A stretch of 64,000 bases of DNA, taken from Octopus sinensis. Taxonomy: Eukaryota. The stretch's first letter is position 1, and every line of letters begins with the position of its first letter. Under the pieces are notes generated by a model. That model was not told the origin of the DNA. It did not search any database and was given only the letters and a program-made list of their open reading frames with translations. Shown one piece after another: positions 1 through 9,545 of this stretch. The translations under genes were made by a program, and so were the position numbers. Location of the stretch: assembly GCF_006345805.1 (NCBI RefSeq), contig NC_043026.1:5952001-6016000 (forward strand). Reading direction: 5' to 3'.

Positions 1-399
1 GGGGTTTTCTTTTATTGTTTTTTTAAAACCTGGCACTTATTCAATCGGTCTCTTTTGCTGAACCCACGAGGGTGCGGGGGGGGGACGTAAACACACCGAC
101 ACCGGTTGTCAAGCGATGGTCGGCGACGCACCCAGTGGATGCTGTCGATCTGTCCAACGCATGCAACACAGAAGGCTAACATGAAACGATTGCGTCGGGA
201 GGGGAGGTTTATTTATGCGTGTGTATTTGTAGTGTTCTTACACTCATTGCCTGCCACCAAGCCTAGTAACTGCACTCATCCTATACCTCTCTCCCCCTTT
301 ATACAATGCAAAGTTTGACTGAAGAGATTAACCAACCACGATTTACATAATCTTTATATATCATCATCATCATCATCATCATCATCACCATCATCATCA

Positions 400-808
400 G
401 GCGCAGGAGTGGCTGTGTGGTAAGTAGCTTGTTTACCAACCACATGGTTCCGGGTTCAGTCCCACTGCATGGCACCTTGGGCAAGTGTCTTCTACTATAG
501 CCTCGGGCCGACCAAAGCCTTGTGAGTGGATTTGGTAGACGGAAACTGAAAGAAGCCCGTTGTATATATGTATGTATAAATATATATATATATGTGTGTG
601 TATGTTTGTGTGTCTGTGTTTGTCCCCCAACATCGCTTGACAACCGATGCTGGTGTGTTTACGTCCCCGTAACTTAACGGTTCGGCAAAAAGAGACCGAT
701 AGAATAAGTACCAGGCTTCCAAAGAATAAGTCCTGGAGTTGATTTGCTCGACAACAGGCGGTGCTCCAGCATGACCGCAGTCAAATGACTGAAACAAGTA
801 AAAGAGAG
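400..808 (+). mobile_element. SINE family A (about 400 bp; tRNA-like head, CORE-like ACCTTGGGCAAGT, internal (TA)n(TG)n, GAGTAAAA tail); at least 30 full or partial copies in window
   Basis: A-box TGGCTGTGTGG, B-box GGTTCAGTCCC; near-identical copies throughout the window. Confidence 0.85.
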
Positions 809-1329
809 TGTCATCATTTAACGTCCGTTTCCATGCTGACAGGGGTTGGCAAGGCTGGAGAGCTGCACCAGGCTCCAATTGTCTCTTTCTGGCATTGTTT
901 CTACAACTGGATGTCCTTCCTAACACCAACCACCCTGCAAAGTAGACTGAGTGCCTTTTTACGTGGCACCTGCACAGGCAGGGTCACCAAGCAACTTGCA
1001 AGACCAAAAAAACTTTTGAAAAGGGAGAGCATTGGAGGAGGGGATCTTGAGGGCAGAGGGTGGCATTAAGGGGAGAGAAATAAACAAACATCACTCTCAA
1101 CAGGTCAAGGTACACCCAAAAGTTTGAGTGCAATTTCAGACAGTCCAGTATGTAGGAGTATGTCGAAAGCATTAACCAGGTAAAAATCCCTGCCAAACCA
1201 GTTATAACATCTTAATGGCTAATAGTTGGCACAGGGAATGTAGAAGATTTCAATACAAGGTCACAGGTAGGCTTAACTTCAACATGGAAAACATGACCAA
1301 CACCAGATCCAACAGCTAGTTTATTAATA

Positions 1330-1590
1330 CAGTTCTATATTTAACAGATTAGGAATTGTGCACACTATTTACATTTGACGGATATTTGTCCTCATCTTGT
1401 TTGTTGTTAACGTTTCGGTTGATATACCTTCCAGCATTCATCAGGTGTCTTGGGGAAATTTCAAACCTGGGTTCTCATTCCTAAGGCATTTGTTGATATT
1501 ATCATTATTATTATTCAGGTCACTGCCTGGAATCGAACTCGGAATCTTGGGGTTAGTAGCCCACGCTTTTAACCACTACGCCATATGCCC
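1330..1590 (-). mobile_element. Short tRNA-headed element with degenerate minimal hammerhead motif (full-length copy)
   Basis: A-box TGGCGTAGTGG (1583-1573) and B-box AGTTCGATTCC (1539-1529). The body is shared with 1591-1778 and 17106-17317. The CTGATGA..GAAAC motif lies at about 1450-1405. Confidence 0.75.
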
Positions 1591-1778
1591 GTTCGATTCC
1601 AGGCAGTTACCTGAATAATAATAATAACATCGAAAGATACCTTAGGAATGAGAACCCAGGTTCAAAATTTCCCCAAGACACCTGATGAAGGCTAGAGGGT
1701 ATAACAGCCGAAACGTTGTGTTAACAACAAACAAGATGCGGACAAATATCCGATATCCGACAAATGTAAATAATGTAG
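1591..1778 (+). mobile_element. 5'-truncated copy of the same tRNA-head/hammerhead element, inverted against 1330-1590
   Basis: Starts at the B-box GTTCGATTCC and is colinear with the reverse complement of 1358-1538. Confidence 0.75.
1677..1722 (+). ncRNA. Minimal type-I hammerhead ribozyme motif (Penelope-type)
   Basis: Stem I GACAC/GTGTT; core CTGATGA+A; stem II GGCT/AGCC; GAAA; palindromic AACGTT helix III; predicted GUU cleavage after 1717. Activity is untested. Confidence 0.7.
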
Positions 1779-2099
1779 TTTATTGATGTTTTCACACATT
1801 AACTTGTGTAGGTGGAACTATTTAAAATGTCAGAGAAAGAAATCTAACCATTTCTCCCAATACATACTAATACATACATCTAAAACAAAATTTTTTCAGG
1901 GGCCCTTAAAATACTTTTGTGGATCCCTAATTTACTATTTTGTTGCGTGAACCCCTGAAAATCTGATGTGGACCCTCATGGGCCATATGGACTCCTGTTG
2001 AGAACCACTGATATAGAGAGCATTTAGAAAAGAGCTACAAACAGTTTCATGCCGTAGAGAAAATAATCAGGCAGATTTATGTAACATGCCATGTATCTG

Positions 2100-2600
2100 C
2101 AAGCCTGAAACTATTGGTAGGTTTTCACTCCGAGTGAAAGGCAGATTGTATGATGCCTGTGTATATACAGGTATATTACATGGCAGTGAAACAGGGGCTT
2201 TGACTAAAGAGGACTTGTGAAGGCTTGAAAGACATGAAGCTCAGCAGAATGGCTGTCAGTGTGCATGGATGACAGAGTGTGAAAGGTTTAGGAGGGAAAC
2301 TGCGGACAAGAGGCATGAGATGTTGTGTGCAAGAGAGGGGACTGCGATGGTTTGGTCATGTGATGCGTATGGATGAGGACAGGTGTGTAACGAAGTGCTG
2401 AGATCTGATTGTGGAGCATACCTGTGGAAGGGGTAGAACCAGGAAGGTGTGGGACAAAGTGGTGAGAAAAGATCTTTGGATGCTGGGCCCACTGAGGAAA
2501 TGACAAGGGACCGGGGGATGTGGTGTCGCCAGTCCTCAGTCAAATCGTCCAACCCATGCTAGCATGGAAAGCGGACGTTAAAGGATGATGATGATGATAA
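2100..2600 (+). mobile_element. RTE-clade LINE 3' remnant
   Basis: Degenerate FSLRVKGRLYDACV..LHGSET..RLERHEA...LRWFGHVMRMDED...GRTRKVWDKVV; ends in CCAACCCATGCTAGCATGGAAAGCGGACGTTAAA and (TGA)n. Confidence 0.8.
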
Positions 2601-2892
2601 GGCGTGTCAAACTAATTAAAACAGCCGTCTTCACATATACAGGCTTGCCCCTTCGGGTGCCAATGCCACATAAAAGTACCCCAACCAGTGCCACTTAAAA
2701 AGCACCGTTAAGTAAAATAACCAAGTGCTTAAGGCATCAAGGGAAGCAGGGACACCACAGAAATGGTAAATGGTCTACAGCACAAATGAAATCACTTGAA
2801 ACTTGCTTAAATAATATTTGGGATGCTTTCATCTCTACAAAATATAGATGTGTTACGTAAGATTAATTTTGAGGATCTGATCAATGGATTAC

Positions 2893-3676
2893 CTATTTCT
2901 TTACTATGCACAAGGGGCTAAACACAGAGGGGACAAACAAGGACAGACAAACAGATTAAGTCAATTACATCGACCCCAGTGCGTAACTGGTACTTAATTT
3001 ATCGACCCCCGAAAGGATGAAAGGCAAAGTCGACCTCGGCGGAATTTGAACTCAGAACGTAACAGCAGACAAAATACCTATTTCTTTACTACCAACAAGG
3101 GGCTAAATACAGAGGGGACAAACAAGGACAGACAAACAGATTAAGTCAATTACATCGACCCCAGTGCGTAACTGGTACTTATTTAATCGACCCCGAAAGG
3201 ATGAAAGGCAAAGTCGACTTTGGCGGAATTTGAACTCAGAACGTAACAGCAGACGAAATACCTATTTCTTTACTACCCACAAGGGACTAAACACAGAGGG
3301 GACAAACAAGGACAGACAAACAGATTAAGTCAATTACAATGACCCCAGTGCATAACTGGTACTTAATTTATCGACCCCCGAAAGGATGAAAGGCAAAGTC
3401 GACCTCGACGGAACTTGAACTCAGAACGTAACAGCAAACGAAATACCTATTTCTTTACTACCCACAAGGGGCTAAACACAGAGGGGACAAACAAGGACAA
3501 ACGGATTAAGTCAATTACATCGATGCCAGTGAGTAACTGGTACTTAATTTATCGACCCCAGAAGGATGAAAGGCAAAGTCGACCTCGACGGAACTTGAAC
3601 TCAGAACGCAATGACAGACGAAATACTGCTAAGCATTTCGCCCGGCGTGCTAACGTTTTTGCCAGCTCACCACCTT
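2893..3676 (-). mobile_element. SINE family B tetramer (about 184-bp units; B-box GAGTTCAAATTCC; core GCCTTTCATCCTTTCGGGGTCGATAAA..GTACCAG)
   Basis: Units start at 2893, 3078, 3262 and 3447; only the 5'-most unit has the full head. The core resembles a Meta/Sauria-like SINE domain (from recollection, unverified). Other loci at 7365, 10480-10920, 15785-16440, 27505-27905, 29477, 40893-41405, 48567-48960, 60981. Confidence 0.85.
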
Positions 3677-4272
3677 AATCAATGAATTACCATTAAGGAA
3701 AATGGTTTAGGGCGTCAAGAGAAGGGGAGGACCACAGAAATGGTAACTGGTCAACAGAACAAAAGAAATCACTTGAAACTCGATAAAATAATATTCAAAG
3801 TAGTTGAAATGATTGGAAATATAATTTCGAAGGATCTGATCAAAAACTCTGCACAAAAAGGAGGAGAAAACTTCTTCAAATAAAGTGGAAGCTTACAAAC
3901 ATAGACATTATTTTCCATCTTTTGTTTCATTTTATGCTTTATTATTGTTTATATTTTGAATTACATTTGTATATGGGGGACACCAAACGATTTTAAGTCC
4001 TTAGGGCATCAATGGGTCTTAATCCAGCCCTTCTACACACAACCGTCCCCTCTCAGATCTTTGGCCCTCTGCTCCTATCTGCACTCAGTTACCATGATTT
4101 GAAAAGCTTTCTCCATATTGGTTGGGTTTTCTGGGTCTCATAACGAGGATCTCATCAAAGACTTTGTAATTAAAAAAAAATGCAGGAGAAAACTTCTTCA
4201 GAACTAAATAAAATGGAAGTATAAAAAAATAAACATTATTTTCCATTTTTTGTTTCATTATGACAAAAAATA

Positions 4273-4434
4273 GGCACAGGAGTGGCTGTGTGGTAAGTAG
4301 CTTGCTTACCAACCACATGGTTCTGGGTTCAGTCCCACTGCGTGGCATCTTGGGCAAGTGTCTTCTGCTATAGCCCCGGGCCGACCAATGCCTTGTGAGT
4401 GGATTTGGTAGACGGAAACTGAAAGAAGCCTGTC

Positions 4435-4484
<50 letters not shown>

Positions 4485-4688
4485 TTGTGTGTCTGTATTT
4501 GTCCCCCTAGCATTGCTTGACAACCAATGCTGGTGTGTTTACGTCCCCGTCACTTAGTAGTTCGGCAAAAGAGACCGATAGAATAAGTACTGGGCTTACA
4601 AAGAATAAGTCCCGGGGTCAATTTGTTCGACTAAAAGGTGGTGCTCCAGCATGGCCGCAGTCAAATGACTGAAACAAGTAAAAGAGTA
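4273..4688 (+). mobile_element. SINE A
   Basis: Full-length match to 400-808. Confidence 0.85.
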
Positions 4689-5139
4689 TCTATTTTATGG
4701 TTTATTGTTGTTTATATTTTGAATTACATTTGTATATGGGGGCACCAAACGATTTTAAGTCCTTAGGGCATCTATAGGTCTTAATCCAGCCCTTCTACAC
4801 ACAACCGTCCCCTCTCAGACCTTTGGCCCTCTGCTCCTATCTGAACTCAGTCATCGTAGTTATGACTGTTCATGGCTTTGGCATGACTTGAAAAGCTTTC
4901 TCCATATTGGTTGGGTTTTCGGGTCACATAACGAGGATCTCATCAAAGACTTTGTAATTAAAACAAGTATTAAGAAAACTTCTTCAGATCTAAATAACGT
5001 GTAAGCATAGAAAACTAAACATTATTTTCCATCTTATTTTATAATTCATTATTGTTTAGATTTTGAATTACATATATATATGGGGTCACTAAACTCTTAA
5101 GTGCTTAGGGCCTCTATGGGTCTCAATCAAGTCCTGCAC

Positions 5140-5745
5140 AGGTTACTTGGCTGTGTCCCCTCCAGGAGTACGGTGACTGACAAGCAGGAAGGAGGAAAGA
5201 ACAGACAGGAACCTGGAGCCGTGCCAAGCAGCTCCTCCTCACAGACGAAGCTGTCATTACGGAAGCGAAACAGCACTGCCAAAGCCTGCTCGCTGTATCG
5301 CTAGATTTTAAGAAGGCGCCGTCCTACATTCTTTACTCGTGGAATACACAGTCGCTAACGTTCCAACTGACGTGATTAAGAGGCTGACAACAGCATGGTT
5401 TGCCGAGCTATCAATAAAAACTGAAGCTACCGTTACAGTCAGTAACAGAATTTGGCTTACCAACAGAAATATTCAGAAATATTTCTTGGCGAGAGCTGAA
5501 ACGAGTATCGGGACTGTTGCCATGGTAATGGAGCTGAAGTACGCAGGGTGAAGCCACTTGGAACAGGCTGACCTTGAACTCGGTCGCACATGCACATTAA
5601 ATCATTGTGTTCTTCCTCATCTGCGTTGTTTAGGTCAGTGCTTGGAAGCAAAGTGTGTAGAGTGTGGTGGTCTCAAAAAGAGGGCCAAGTTTCAGATGCA
5701 AAGGATCTCCTTGATTGAGTCGAAGACAATGATAAGTTTTTGAAA
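5140..5745 (+). mobile_element. Decayed reverse-transcriptase fragment, R4/Dong/NeSL-like non-LTR retrotransposon
   Basis: Hand translation across frameshifts gives EQTGTWSRAKQLLLTDEAVITEAKQHCQSLLAVSLDFKKAPSYILYSW, resembling EQ.G..G.K.QLL.D..I...AK...L..AWIDYKKAFDSVPHSW. Confidence 0.55.
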
Positions 5746-6264
5746 CCAGTTGTCCCTCCTCTCTCTTCCTCTCTCTCTCTCTTTCGCCGAGTAGCCATTT
5801 AACAAGACCCCTGTTTCTGCCTCCGTGTCTCACTCTAACCTTTCATCATCTGACACAAGCTCCCTTCTTCCAATGGCCCCGTCCCCTCAAAAGGATCTTT
5901 GTCTTGCCAGTCACTTGGTGACCTTGTAAGTGCAAGTGCCACTTAAAAAAACACCCAGTCCCCACTCCAAAGTGGTTGGCATTTGAAAGGGCTTCCAGCT
6001 GTAAAAACCTTGCCAAAACTGACCTCACCTGTGCTGGTGCCATGTAAAAAGCACTCAGTCCATTCTGCAGGGTGGTTGGTGTTAGGAAGGGCATCAGACC
6101 ATAAAAAACCCTGCCAAAACAGACACGGTAGCCTAGGGTAGTCTTCTGCCCGACCAGTTCCTGTCAAATCATCCAACCCATGCCAGCATGGAAGGCGGAA
6201 GTTAAACGATGATGATGATGATGATGATGATGAAAACAGGTGATGAATCATGGATCTATGGATA

Positions 6265-6540
6265 TGACCCCCAAAATCAAGGCTTGAAAAGAATCCCACT
6301 TGAAAAGAAGGTTTCATGATGCCAAGGAAATCCAAGAGAATGCAATGAAGGAGCTACTCACTATCCCCACCAAAAAAAAAAGGGGGGGTCCAGGAATGCT
6401 TCCATTGATGGAATCATCACTGGATAAAATGTGGTGGCTTCAGAAGGGGACAACTTCGAAGGAGATTAAATGCTGAATTGATATGGGTCGTGGGTTTCGT
6501 TTTTAAAGCTCCAGTCCCGATATTTTTTGATTGGACCTTA
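6265..6540 (+). mobile_element. Mariner transposase C-terminal remnant
   Basis: RRFHDAKEIQENAMKELLTIP..QECFH*WNHHWIKC/VASEGDNFEGD* matches the mariner C-terminus (one stop, one frameshift). Confidence 0.7.
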
Positions 6541-6657
6541 CAATGTAATGCTTTTCAACCAACCCCTTGCAAACACTACATCAGGGGTGAAGAAACGCCC
6601 CGCCCGCAGGCGCAATTGTGCCCGTGAGCACATCTTGTTGCACCTGCAGGCTGGTAT

Positions 6658-7136
6658 GTTAGTTAGTTAGTTAGTTAATTTTTTGGCTCAAAAAGCAAAA
6701 AAGCAAGGCCATGTAGGGCGATATGGAGTTATGTACAGGGTAGTGTTCATGTAAAGAGTTCAGGCCACTTGTGGTCAAGGGAGACTTTGAACCGAGCGGT
6801 TGTCGGCATCTTCACCATCTCGTCCGGCAGCTTATTCCACGGATCCGCAACCCGGACAGAGAAAGCCCCTCTCCTTCGATTGAGATGAAATCGTCGCAGA
6901 TAGAGCTTTTCGGAGTGACCCCGCAGCCGACGCTCTGGAGCAGGAGTGAAGAACAGCTCTTTCGAGAGGTTACACTTTCCGCTTATGATGTTGTGGGCGA
7001 GAATGAGATCACCACGGCGGCGGCGTTTTTCAAGAGAATAAAGGTCGAGCGTCTTCAGCCTTTCTTCATAAGACAAATTCTTAAGACCAAGAACCATGCG
7101 GGTAGCCAGCTTCTGGACTCTTTCGAGATGCTGTAT
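6658..7136 (-). mobile_element. CR1/L2-group LINE, 5'-truncated 3' end
   Basis: HLERVQKLATRMVLGLKNLSYEERLKTLDLYSLEKRRRRGDLI...FSVRVADPWNKLP; 3' UTR followed by a (TAAC)n tail. Confidence 0.9.
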
Positions 7137-7732
7137 GTACAAAATATAATAAATTTTCCAAGATAAAATCCATACATTATTCGTATGCCTATCTGCAACA
7201 TAGGTCGTGTTTCCACTACGACATAAAACGGTTAGACTCAAACAGAAAATCGTCCAGTAATTGCCATTTGAATGGAAATTTTTGTTTTCACTATAAAACA
7301 CATATTGCTAGGTTTGTACCACCCACTTGACACCCAAATACACCCTAGCTGAAAAATATATATTTCTTTACTGCCCACAAGGGGCTAAACATAGAGGGGA
7401 CAAACAAGGACAGACGAAGGGATTGAGTCGATTGTATCGCCCCCAGTGCGAAACTGGTACTTTATTTATCGACCCCGAAAGGATGAAAGGCAAAGTCGAC
7501 CTCGGCAGAATTTGAACTCAGAACCTTACGACAGACGAAATACCGCTAAGCATTTCGTCCGGCGCACTAACGTGTCTGCCAGCTCGCCGCCTTAGAACAC
7601 CGCATAAGTGATATAAACGTCCTAAATTCTGTGGTGGCATTAATGAAGATGTTACGCGTTAATTTAATGTGTTAAAAGTTATCTTTATTAATGTATATTG
7701 AATTATACGTAGATATATTCAAGATTTACACA

Positions 7733-7895
7733 GGTGCAGGAGTGGCTGTGCAGTAAATAGCTTGCTTACCAACCACAACGTTCCAGGTTCAGTCCCACTG
7801 CGTGGCACCTTGGGCAAGTGTCTTCTACTACAGCCTCGAGCCAACCAAAGCCTTGTGAGTGGATTTGGTAGACGGAAACTGAAAGAAGCCTGTCG

Positions 7896-7930
<35 letters not shown>

Positions 7931-8153
7931 GTGTGCATGTATGTTTGGTTGTCTGTGTTTGTTCCCCTAGCATTGCTTGACAACCGATGCTGGTGTGTTT
8001 ACGTCCCCGTCACTTAGCAGTTCGGCAAAAGAGACCAATAGAATAAGTACTGGGCTTACAAAGAATAAGTCCCGGGGTCAAGTTGCTCGATTAAAGGCGG
8101 TGCTCCAGCATGGCCACAGTCAAATGACTGAAACAAGTAAAAGAGTAAGAGTA
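7733..8153 (+). mobile_element. SINE A
   Basis: Full-length match. Confidence 0.85.
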
Positions 8154-8193
8154 AAGATATGCAACCAAAGTATTCTGTCTATTATATTTTCTA

Positions 8194-8643
8194 CTAGCAG
8201 AATCGCCCGGCGTTGCTCGGGTTTGTTTTGACCCTTTAGAATTGGAATTTTTGAAAAGTAAAAATTTTGCATTATGTAGCTTGTTATTCTCTTTAAGTGA
8301 ACATTTTTCTGGCTGAAATACACTGGAAAATGGCGACACAGCAGTCAAAAAATCGTAAAAAATAGGGATTTTCATAGAAAAAAGGCCCCATTTTGATGTA
8401 AATAATTTTTGGTGTTAACATGGTCCGATTTGAATTTTATCTTCTACGGAAGTAAGAGCAAGCCTTTTTCTATCATACTCTCAATTTTGGTCAACTTACG
8501 CCGCAGGGTCTCGGAGGAGACAGTGTTAGTTAAAGGCTACCAAACCTGCCACACACCTTGCACCACAGGGTCTCGGAGGAGATAGTGTTAGTTGAAGGCT
8601 ACCAAACCTGCCATACACAACTTCAGCTTTATACATAGAGAGA
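8194..8643 (-). mobile_element. Non-autonomous Helitron
   Basis: Minus strand begins A|TC and ends with hairpin CCCGAGCAACGCCGGG then CTAG|T; no TSD; second copy at 24682. Confidence 0.75.
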
Positions 8644-8809
8644 TTGACCAGATTCGGGGCAAAATGAGTTAAGTGACTTTGCCTCTTCCATTTTTTCAGA
8701 ATTACATTTGAGAAAATAAAAAAAAGACTCTTTACACATCAGTCTCAATCCTCAGACATCAGAAAGATCACAAATGCAACCAAAATTTTAAATATCTATG
8801 TCACATGAA

Positions 8810-9545
8810 AATCATCATCCTCATCATCATCATCATTTAACGTCTGCTTTCCATGCTGGCATGGGTTGGACGATTCAACTGGGGTCTGGCAAACCAGGAG
8901 GCTGCACCAGACTCCGATCTGATCGGGCAAAGTTTCCACAGCTGGATACCCTTCCTAATGCCAACCACTCTGAGAGTGTAGTGGGTGCTTTTTATGTACC
9001 ACTGGCACAGGAGCCAGTCAGGACGAGGGGGCTGGCATCGACCACCTTCAGATGGTGCTTTTTATGTGCCACTGGCACAGGAGCCAGTCGGGACGAGGTG
9101 GCTGGCATCGACCACGTTCGGATGGTGCTTTTTATGTGCCACTGGCACAGGAGCCACTCTGGATGAGGGGGCTGGCATCGACCACATTCGGATGATGCTT
9201 TTTACGTGCCACCGGCACAGGAGCCAGTCAGGACGAGGGGGCTGGCATCGACCACCTTCAGATGGTGCTTTTTATGTGCCACTGGCACAGGAGCCACTCT
9301 GGATGAGGGGGCTGGCATCGACCACATTCGGATGATGCTTTTTACGTGCCACCGGCACAGGAGCCAGTCAGGACGAGGGGGCTGGCATCGACCACCTTCA
9401 GATGGTGCTTTTTACGTGCCACTGGCACAGGAGCCAGTCGGGACGAGGTGGCTGGCATCGACCACGTTCGGATGGTGCTTTTTACGGGCCACTGGCACGG
9501 AGAGCTAGTTAGGTGGCACTGGCAACGACCCACGCATGAATGGTG
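8810..9545 (-). mobile_element. SINE family D (GGAAGGGCATCC core, RTE-type 3' tail with (TGA)n) containing a 7 x 70-bp array
   Basis: Array anchors at 8984, 9054, 9124, 9194, 9264, 9334, 9404 and 9474. Relatives at 812-1070, 5850-6232, 10940-11130, 20045-20215, 20312-20700, 23335-23480, 42787-43070. Confidence 0.8.

Noticed and set aside
1090-1300. Weak RT-like words on the minus strand (NAFDIL, ILDCLKLH)
   Set aside because: Too short and in different frames; needs a profile search.
1845-2012. Possible hAT MITE ending GTTGAGAACCACTG
   Set aside because: The left TIR and an 8-bp TSD could not be identified.
7977-8231. Recurrent ORFs MTTDAGVFTSP.., MLGGQTQTH.., MKGKVDLG..
   Set aside because: Chance reading frames of SINE A and B consensus sequences; not a gene family.
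8984-9500. CRISPR-like regular arrays (also 29721-30295 and 49430-49740)
   Set aside because: No unique spacers, eukaryotic context and no cas genes; they are tandem repeats.
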